From contig OZ244992.1 in assembly GCA_965223275.1 (NCBI GenBank), positions 2,993,134 to 3,057,133 of the forward strand: DNA of 64,000 nt, in the 5' to 3' direction. The notes beneath the pieces are model-generated. The model ran no database searches. It saw only the letters and a program-made list of their open reading frames with translations, and was not told the DNA's origin. This DNA comes from Nitrospirales bacterium. Its GTDB lineage: Bacteria > Nitrospirota > Nitrospiria > Nitrospirales > UBA8639. Numbering within the stretch: position 1 is the first letter of the stretch; each line of letters begins with the position of its first letter. A program made the translations under genes and the position numbers. Positions 57,169 to 64,000 of the stretch are shown one piece after another.

Positions 57169-58188
57169 TTAATTGAGTTGGCCGTTCGAGAATGCGTGCA
57201 TGGCTTCTTCGGTCAACTGATCTCCCTGGCCAGTATACCGGGGAGAAAAATGAAACACGTGTAATTGGCGAACCCCAGCTTTTTTGCCGAGAATGCCCGC
57301 CTGTTTGGCGGTGAGATGGAATCGATTGGCGGCTTTTTCTCCGTCTCGATCTAAAAATGGGGCCTCACAATACAGGGTTGAAATGTTCTTGCACAATTCA
57401 ACGATCTTTCGCTCATTGTCTTGGTCAAAGAGACAATCCACAACATAGCCAATTTGTTGTCCCGGGGTCATGGTGACAAACTGGCGTTTTATCTCGCCCA
57501 GTTGAAACGTTTGTTGTTCTTCTCGATGTTCAAAATACAGGGTCGCGCGAAAGGTGTGAGAATCAGGTTGGTTTTCCCATATCATCTGTTTGACGTCTTT
57601 TAACCAAGATCCGACCGGGAGCCCGGCCTCGTGTAGCCGAACTTTATTGATATTGATATGAAAGGGTTCTTCGACTTTGAAGGCGAACGAAGGGATGCGA
57701 TGATTGAGTGCCACCCCTTTGACGCTTAGACCAGGCTCCTCCAGCAATGTGAAGACTCCTGAGTGATCGGCCGGGAGGGGAGGGTGAAGGCGACGGGTGA
57801 AGGCATCCTGGGCATGAAACTCGGCAATCTGTAAGTAAGATGGATGAAATTCTTTTACGATGATGGTTAAGGGATATCCATCTACCAGGTTCCAAGTATA
57901 GCCCTGAAGTTTGCCCTGAATGTTTCCAATGAGTCCTGGAGGACCATAGAATCGGAGCTGTTTGCCACGCCCCAATGCGACCCGTAAGAGGCGGTCGAAC
58001 CCGATAAAATGGTCCATGTGCGTGTGTGAGATGAAAATATCCTGGGTCCGGAGCAGCTGTGCGGAATTCAACGAGCTGTTGTCCCCTAGGTCGAACAACA
58101 GGGCCCGACGACTCCATCGGATTCCAATGAATAGGCCGGGATCTCCGAATACGTCATTAACCAAAAAGGGAGAAAACGTGGGGGTCAT
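57169..58188 (-). CDS. MBL-fold RNase Z-like hydrolase
   Basis: LLFDLG, SHTHMDHFIG, LYCEA, HLTA.QAG, FHFSPRY; ATGA overlap with the upstream gene. Confidence 0.88.
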   Translation of the reverse strand: MTPTFSPFLVNDVFGDPGLFIGIRWSRRALLFDLGDNSSLNSAQLLRTQDIFISHTHMDHFIGFDRLLRVALGRGKQLRFYGPPGLIGNIQGKLQGYTWNLVDGYPLTIIVKEFHPSYLQIAEFHAQDAFTRRLHPPLPADHSGVFTLLEEPGLSVKGVALNHRIPSFAFKVEEPFHININKVRLHEAGLPVGSWLKDVKQMIWENQPDSHTFRATLYFEHREEQQTFQLGEIKRQFVTMTPGQQIGYVVDCLFDQDNERKIVELCKNISTLYCEAPFLDRDGEKAANRFHLTAKQAGILGKKAGVRQLHVFHFSPRYTGQGDQLTEEAMHAFSNGQLN

Positions 58189-58922
58189 GAGAAGGCAGCC
58201 CTCATGCAGAGATACAGAATGAGTACCTCTAGTGCGTGCGCAATAATCACGGCATACAGATTTTTGAGGCGAATCATCAGCCATCCCCAAATCACACCAT
58301 CCCAGAGGGCGATCCAATGTAAATGCTGGAAGGTACTGACCATAAAGGGATCAAAGGCAAAGGTCGCAGCCGAGAGGCCGAGGGGGACGTACAGTCGTCG
58401 ATCGGTCTCTGACTGAACACGGATGGAACCCCGTGAATGGAGCTTACCAAAAACATGGATCAGTCTGCCTAGCAAAAACCCCCGAAAATTCAATTCGACC
58501 AACATGGCAATGCCCACGATAAACCAGGGGACCATCAACCAAAATGGCACATGGGCATGAGGCGTATCGAGAAGGAAATCAATGTCCTCGCCTAATGCCG
58601 GTACGAGCTTCAGGATGACCATGGTATTGAATATTCCAAGGAGACATCCGGTGAACATTCCATATTGAACACCTTGAGAAATTCGATCGCGTGTCAATCC
58701 CAACTTGAGGGGAATCTCTCGGTTACGCAATACCCAAACCCCCAGACAAACGAGTGCCATGCCTTGAGGAAAAAATTGAAGAAACAGGGAGGATTGCCAA
58801 TGGATCGGGAGAAGGTGAAACCCTACGGTGGAAAGAATGGGCAGAAATGCTAATTCCGCCCATCTTTCGTCTTGAGGGTTCCCGGAAGGGAGTTGTCTGG
58901 GGGATTGTGGAAAATGAGCCAA
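58185..58922 (-). CDS. CPBP/Abi-family intramembrane protein
   Basis: VELNFRG and IIAHALE motifs within a multi-TM protein. Confidence 0.75.
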   Translation of the reverse strand: MAHFPQSPRQLPSGNPQDERWAELAFLPILSTVGFHLLPIHWQSSLFLQFFPQGMALVCLGVWVLRNREIPLKLGLTRDRISQGVQYGMFTGCLLGIFNTMVILKLVPALGEDIDFLLDTPHAHVPFWLMVPWFIVGIAMLVELNFRGFLLGRLIHVFGKLHSRGSIRVQSETDRRLYVPLGLSAATFAFDPFMVSTFQHLHWIALWDGVIWGWLMIRLKNLYAVIIAHALEVLILYLCMRAAFS

Positions 58923-58934
58923 GGAGTTGAGAGT

Positions 58935-60155
58935 CTATTGGTAGCGTAGGGCTTCGGCTGGGTCTAATTTTGAAGCTTTGACAGCAGGGAATAAGCCAAA
59001 TCCGATTCCCACTCCCACCGCAAAGGTGAAGGCGATGAGAATCGCGGAAGGCTCGATGACCGCTCCCCAGTCTCCACCTCCCGGCATCGATTGAGCGACG
59101 AAATTGCCAAAGCCATAGGCGGCGAAAATTCCTAGGATGATCCCAACGCATCCGCCGAGAATGCTAATAGTCGTGGATTCGATCAGAAATTGAAGCAGGA
59201 TATCTTTGCGTTTGGCCCCAATGGCCTTTCGCAGTCCAATCTCGCGGGTTCGTTCGGTGACCGTCACGAGCATGATGTTCATGATGCCAATGCCTCCCAC
59301 GAGTAAGGCGACGATAGCAATCCCCCCGAGCACGATTCGGAACGTCCAAATGGTTCTGTCTATGGCTCCTAAAAAATCTCCTTGGTTTCTCACTCGGATA
59401 TCGTCAACGCCATCATGGCGTTGAACGAGAAACTGATGGAGTTTTTGGCTGACTTCATCCATATGCTCACGGTTGGGGACATGGATGATCATCGATCGAA
59501 TTTTATCATTCCCTCTATAGAATCGCTGAGTGGTGGTGATGGGAATAAAAATCATTTCGTCATAGTCTTTTCCGTGAATTTCTCCTTTGGGCTCCATGAC
59601 CCCTATGACCGTAAATCGATACTCTCCGATTTTGACCTGTTGCCCGATGGCGGCTTCTGAGCCAAACAACACTTCCGCGATCGTTTTGCCCAAGACGACC
59701 GATCGGTTCCAGGTCTGAATGTCGGTTGTTTGGAGAAACCGACCGGTGGCGGGATGGAAATTTCGAATAGGACTGAATTCTGGAGAGGTGCCGGTAATCC
59801 GTCCGCTGTAATCGCGTTCTCCCGCTTTCACCTGTCCGTCAATTTCCAGGATGGGAGCCACCATAAGATCGGGAAAACGCTCTCGAATTGCCAGGGCATC
59901 ACCATATCGGAGCTTAATATGTCGGCCTGCAAACATCCTACGTTCTTCAATCGTTAATCGTTTTTTCCAGACGAAAAGGAGGTTGGTGCCTAACTTTTCG
60001 ATGGAGTTGACTAACCAGATTTGGCCGCCTTCTACAATCGCCATCATGGCAATCACGGATGCCACTCCGATGATAACGCCTAGCATGGTCAATCCCGATC
60101 GGAGGGGATTGCCCGAGAGATTTTTAAGCGCATCACGAAAAATGGCCGCCAGCAT
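58935..60155 (-). CDS. MacB/FtsX-family ABC permease
   Basis: RSGLTMLGVIIGVASVI, GGIGIMNIMLV.V.ERTREIGLRKAIGA, LDPAEALR. Confidence 0.95.
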   Translation of the reverse strand: MLAAIFRDALKNLSGNPLRSGLTMLGVIIGVASVIAMMAIVEGGQIWLVNSIEKLGTNLLFVWKKRLTIEERRMFAGRHIKLRYGDALAIRERFPDLMVAPILEIDGQVKAGERDYSGRITGTSPEFSPIRNFHPATGRFLQTTDIQTWNRSVVLGKTIAEVLFGSEAAIGQQVKIGEYRFTVIGVMEPKGEIHGKDYDEMIFIPITTTQRFYRGNDKIRSMIIHVPNREHMDEVSQKLHQFLVQRHDGVDDIRVRNQGDFLGAIDRTIWTFRIVLGGIAIVALLVGGIGIMNIMLVTVTERTREIGLRKAIGAKRKDILLQFLIESTTISILGGCVGIILGIFAAYGFGNFVAQSMPGGGDWGAVIEPSAILIAFTFAVGVGIGFGLFPAVKASKLDPAEALRYQ

Positions 60156-60164
60156 GATGCCCTT

Positions 60165-60875
60165 TTATATTTCTTGAAGAATTTCCTGAGCCTGGTGCTG
60201 GCCGGTTTCATCACCGACGAGGCAACCATCCTTTAACGTAATACGGCGTTGGGCTTGTTGAGCAATCATGAGATCATGGGTAATCATCACAATGGTTTGG
60301 CCCTCGGTATGGAGTCGTTCAAAAATGGAGAGGATTTCCTGGCCCGATTGGCTATCTAAATTCCCCGTGGGTTCATCAGCCAGGAGCAAAGACGGTCGGT
60401 TGGCTAAGGCTCGGGCAATGGCGACCCGTTGCTGCTGTCCTCCCGAGAGTTGGTTGCTATGATGATGTACGCGGTCGGCCAGCCCAACCATGGTCAGCAA
60501 TTGTTGGGCTCGTTCTTGCTGCTGTTTCCGGGAGACTCCGGCATACATGAGGGGAAGTTGGACGTTCTCTAAGGCGGATTTCCTGGGAAGGAGATGAAAG
60601 GTTTGGAAGATAAACCCGATCTGTTGATTCCGGATCGTCGTGAGATCCGAATCCGGGAGTTGGTTCACGTGCCAATCTTTTAACCAATAATCTCCGCTGG
60701 TCGGATGATTGAGGCATCCTAAAATATCCAGGAGCGTAGTTTTCCCGCTCCCGGATTGGCCGATGATGGCGACGAATTCGCCCTCTGCGATTTGGAGGGA
60801 CAGGTTTTGGAGTGCTGGGACGTTGACTTCACCCGCTCGATAGATTTTGCAGATGTTGTGGAGTCTGATAAGCAT
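60165..60875 (-). CDS. ABC transporter ATP-binding protein (LolD/MacB-like)
   Basis: [27 protein letters not shown]. Confidence 0.96.
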   Translation of the reverse strand: MLIRLHNICKIYRAGEVNVPALQNLSLQIAEGEFVAIIGQSGSGKTTLLDILGCLNHPTSGDYWLKDWHVNQLPDSDLTTIRNQQIGFIFQTFHLLPRKSALENVQLPLMYAGVSRKQQQERAQQLLTMVGLADRVHHHSNQLSGGQQQRVAIARALANRPSLLLADEPTGNLDSQSGQEILSIFERLHTEGQTIVMITHDLMIAQQAQRRITLKDGCLVGDETGQHQAQEILQEI

Positions 60876-60888
60876 GGTGATAGAGTGG

Positions 60889-62025
60889 CTAACGGTCCTC
60901 AGCCGATATGGTATACTCGGGGATCACTACTTGGTCATGCTCCTGTAGCCCCTTGGTAATCACGGCTTCGGTATCGGTGCGAAATGCAACCCGGACCTTC
61001 CGTGTCTGGGTTTTTCCCTCTGAAAACACATCCACGACATCGTCCCCGTTTTTGACTTTCAAGACCTCTAAGGGAATCGTCAAGACGTTTTCCAATCGTT
61101 GGGTCACAATATCCACATTGGCTGTCAACATCGGTTTGAGGGCGAGGTTAGAGTCCTGGATGGCGATGGTCACGTCGTAGGTCACGATATTGTCTTCTTT
61201 GATTCCTTGGGCGGCGATGGAAGTCACGCGACCCGTAAATTGTTGACCGGGAAGAGCGTCTAAGCGAATTTCGACTTCTTGATTGACGGTGACTCGTGGA
61301 ATATTCACTTCGTTAATTTTGGCTTTCACGACCATCCGGGAAAGATCAGCCAGCTTCATCAGGACCGTTCCCCCGCCAAATGTGGCGGTTCCGGAGGTAA
61401 TGATTTCGCCGGCATTGACGAGAATTTCTAGGACTGTTCCCTCAGTGGGAGAACGAACCTGAAATTCTTCGGGACGGGTACTCTGTGAGGAGCTTTCTTG
61501 ATAACGTTTGAAGAGTTCCTTATTTCCTCCCAAGGCTAAAAGAAGCTGGCGCTCGGCTAATTCCAGACGAACCAGAGTTTTTTGGTAATCGCGCTCCGCT
61601 AATTCTAATTCCTGTTGTGCGATAAACCCTTTTTTGAACAGGGATTGTGAGCGGATCCATTCCCGCCTGGCGGTGTTCACGTTTAACCGTTCCTCTTGAA
61701 TGCCCGCACGAAGTTGGGCAACTTGTCGCGCCTGACTTGATTCTTGACGGATAATGGCCAGCAACTCCCCCTTTCCAACGGATTGCCCACTGCGGACGAA
61801 TAATTGGGCCACTTCACCTGAAAATTGGGATTTGATTTCTATGGTTTTAGAGGGTTGAATCGTGCCGGTTTCCGACACTCGTGTCTGTAGGGTACTGCGG
61901 GCGACTTTGACTGTGGATACCGGTTCAGATTCTTGGGTCTCTGGTTGCCACATGGGGTAAGAAATGTACAATCCCGCCCCGATCAGCAAACAGACAGAGA
62001 AGAACATGAAAAGACGTTTGCCCAT
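60889..62025 (-). CDS. MacA-like periplasmic adaptor subunit
   Basis: N-terminal anchor, IKSQFSG lipoyl half, alpha-hairpin, SP.EGTV, A.INE.NI. Confidence 0.92.
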   Translation of the reverse strand: MGKRLFMFFSVCLLIGAGLYISYPMWQPETQESEPVSTVKVARSTLQTRVSETGTIQPSKTIEIKSQFSGEVAQLFVRSGQSVGKGELLAIIRQESSQARQVAQLRAGIQEERLNVNTARREWIRSQSLFKKGFIAQQELELAERDYQKTLVRLELAERQLLLALGGNKELFKRYQESSSQSTRPEEFQVRSPTEGTVLEILVNAGEIITSGTATFGGGTVLMKLADLSRMVVKAKINEVNIPRVTVNQEVEIRLDALPGQQFTGRVTSIAAQGIKEDNIVTYDVTIAIQDSNLALKPMLTANVDIVTQRLENVLTIPLEVLKVKNGDDVVDVFSEGKTQTRKVRVAFRTDTEAVITKGLQEHDQVVIPEYTISAEDR

Positions 62026-62133
62026 GGATTTTCTCTTCCATTACGGAATTGGACCGTGTTCTCCCCGCAAATATGGTTTCGAGAAGGAACAGGAGAAAAA
62101 GGAAGGGGACATGGTTTTGCGTCGGTACATCGT

Positions 62134-63744
62134 TTATTTCACGGTAATGTTGTAATGCTCAGGGGCGGAGGCCGTGACCAACCGTAACCGAGCCAGGGAT
62201 TTGTTGAAGTCCAAGATGGCCCGGAGTTCCCTTCCCTGAGCGATGCGGAGATCCCGTTGAAACTCAATGACTCGTCGGGTGGTACTCAGGCCAAGTTGTA
62301 GGCGTTCTTCCTCGGCTTTGAGCTGTTTATCCGCGAGTTCACGGCTCGTTCGGTTCGTGCGGATACGCTTGAAATTTGTGTCGACCTGACGCAGAGCTTC
62401 CTTCACATCCACGATGATTTGTTGCCGAATCCGAGCGAGTGAGGCCCGAGTCTGATTCCCTTCTAGCATTCGGCGTTGATGCTGGCTTTTGGCCGAACGG
62501 TTTCCGATCGGATAGCTCAAAATTAACCCACCTGACATATTATAAAAATCGGTGCTCCCCATGCGATCGAGACTATCACCCGGGTCCTCTCCCAGGCCGA
62601 CGAGTCCGAACCCTCCTTGAAAGGAGAGGTCTGGGAGTAATTGGTTTTTCGCAAATTTCGTGTTCACGTCAGCGGTCTCGACATTTTTCTTGGCCTGCAG
62701 TACCTCTGGGCGTTGATCGAGAGCAAGTTGGAGATGCCCCTGAAGTGTGGTATCCGGCCGTGTACGGTTCGGAGGGTCCAGAGGGATGAGAGGAGTGGTT
62801 TGCGTCAATCGATACTCTGATTTGTTCAATAAACGACGGAGTTGATCTTCTTGGTCATGGACGGTTTTTTGTGCCAGTAAAATTTGTTCCACGCGGCTGG
62901 CGACTCCGGCCTGGGCTTGCAGCACTTCCACCTCCGCCATGACTCCAGCTTGGACCTTACTCTTATTACTGTTTAATAATTCTTCGGCTGCTCGTAACGA
63001 CGCCCGGGTAATTTTTAAATTGTCTCGGGCAAAAACCAATTCCCAATAGGTCTCCTCGACTTGGGCGATGACGATCATCAATTGTTGGATGAAGGCCAGG
63101 TCTTCCACGTAAGCCGAATTTTTCGCGATCGTAATCTGAGTAGAATTGACAGAAGGCCCAAAGTTGCGAAGGAGAGGATGAGTCAGGTTCAGGGAAAGGG
63201 TACTCGCATATCCCGGATTAAAGAGGAAGCCGGTCCTTCCGGCTACTGAATTTCGATTGTTGTCAAAATCAAGGTTGTAGGTGCCTCCGGTGATGAGCTT
63301 CTGTTCCAGTCCCAAATTCAGACGGGTATCATTTTGATCAAACACATCCGGATCATCCCCGATCATTGCCCCCCCAAACCCGAAAACTGGTCGATTCAGT
63401 GGACGAATGTCTCGTTCGTACAGTCCTTCCAGGCTGACTGTGGGGTCGAATACTGCTTCTTGAAACATGATATCGGTAATTTGAACGTCTCGGTTGTATC
63501 GACTGATTTGAATATCTAGGTTATTTTCAATGGCTTGGAGGACGGCTTCTTGCAATGTGAGGGTGATCACCGACTCAGAGGGTAAAAGGTCCTTCAGGGT
63601 AGAATCCTCATTTTCTGTAGAAAGTCTCTGAGTGGGCTGGCCCAAGATCGGGGCGATGGGACTTACGAGGGAGAGGGCGAGGAACCAGGCCAGGATGTGA
63701 CCCGGTTTTGAAAAACAGGGATACGTAGATTTACCTTTTTTCAT
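62134..63744 (-). CDS. TolC-family outer-membrane efflux protein
   Basis: LTLQEAV..AIENN, V.ETYW, RPE, NQLLPDLS, LGLST. Confidence 0.93.
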   Translation of the reverse strand: MKKGKSTYPCFSKPGHILAWFLALSLVSPIAPILGQPTQRLSTENEDSTLKDLLPSESVITLTLQEAVLQAIENNLDIQISRYNRDVQITDIMFQEAVFDPTVSLEGLYERDIRPLNRPVFGFGGAMIGDDPDVFDQNDTRLNLGLEQKLITGGTYNLDFDNNRNSVAGRTGFLFNPGYASTLSLNLTHPLLRNFGPSVNSTQITIAKNSAYVEDLAFIQQLMIVIAQVEETYWELVFARDNLKITRASLRAAEELLNSNKSKVQAGVMAEVEVLQAQAGVASRVEQILLAQKTVHDQEDQLRRLLNKSEYRLTQTTPLIPLDPPNRTRPDTTLQGHLQLALDQRPEVLQAKKNVETADVNTKFAKNQLLPDLSFQGGFGLVGLGEDPGDSLDRMGSTDFYNMSGGLILSYPIGNRSAKSQHQRRMLEGNQTRASLARIRQQIIVDVKEALRQVDTNFKRIRTNRTSRELADKQLKAEEERLQLGLSTTRRVIEFQRDLRIAQGRELRAILDFNKSLARLRLVTASAPEHYNITVK

Positions 63745-64000
63745 GTTCTAGATGCCCTTTTCCGGCCTCTTACCTTTTCACGCTACCAAACGGTTGCTGG
63801 ACAGGGCAATTCTCATTTGGAAGGGGTCGAAGCTTTTTCCTATTTTTCGCTCTAAACCGAGATTGCAAAAAATGGAAAGTCGGGGTAATCGCGCTGGGAA
63901 ATGGGGCCTTTGCATTCGATAATTTTCGAGCAATGGAATGATGAACCCGTCGGCCCTTATCGCAGCCAGCAGCGTATTAAGCTGATGAGACAAGGCGGTT

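Noticed and set aside
1215-63519. Numerous short antisense or alternate-frame ORFs in the ORF track (e.g. 4940-5488, 5639-6226, 29975-30454, 31102-31671)
   Set aside because: They overlap well-supported genes and lack motifs or RBS; treated as shadow ORFs
63778-64000. Minus-strand ORF at the window end
   Set aside because: No recognisable motif; could be the tail of a gene outside the window but cannot be supported
1-64000. CRISPR arrays, rRNA, transposases, prophage or known defence genes
   Set aside because: No regularly spaced repeat-spacer array or matching protein motifs seen; the short tandem repeats have no spacers

Overview
Chromosomal window from a Gram-negative bacterium. Gene order (lysC-cimA; ihfA-merR-tRNA-Pro; phoH-ybeY-ftsY) and protein style suggest Nitrospirota or a deltaproteobacterium-like lineage (inference, no search run). 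1-7 kb: housekeeping genes and a lipid-modification operon. 7-20 kb: two tandem exported ankyrin proteins, a PAP2 phosphatase, a PD40 protein, an M1 peptidase, and ftsY-ybeY-phoH-mutM. 21-48 kb: an accessory-looking envelope and signalling region. 48-64 kb: uvrA, crcB, a ROK kinase, a deaminase and a MacAB-TolC-type exporter. The strongest candidate for an undescribed system is at 21243-26166: a coiled-coil protein, a membrane protein with a cytoplasmic longin/roadblock-like segment plus periplasmic BON-like and OmpA domains, a translationally coupled Rab-like small GTPase, and a PAS-containing sigma-54 activator with an unrecognised N-terminal domain. It is followed by porin, mechanosensitive-channel, BON and peptidoglycan-remodelling genes. 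Other notable signals are a long GU-rich RNA hairpin (28.4 kb), an orphan DnaA-box cluster (35.1-35.4 kb), a ferric-reductase-like pseudogene, and an outer-membrane gene frameshifted in an A7 tract. No CRISPR array, rRNA, transposase or integrase was seen.
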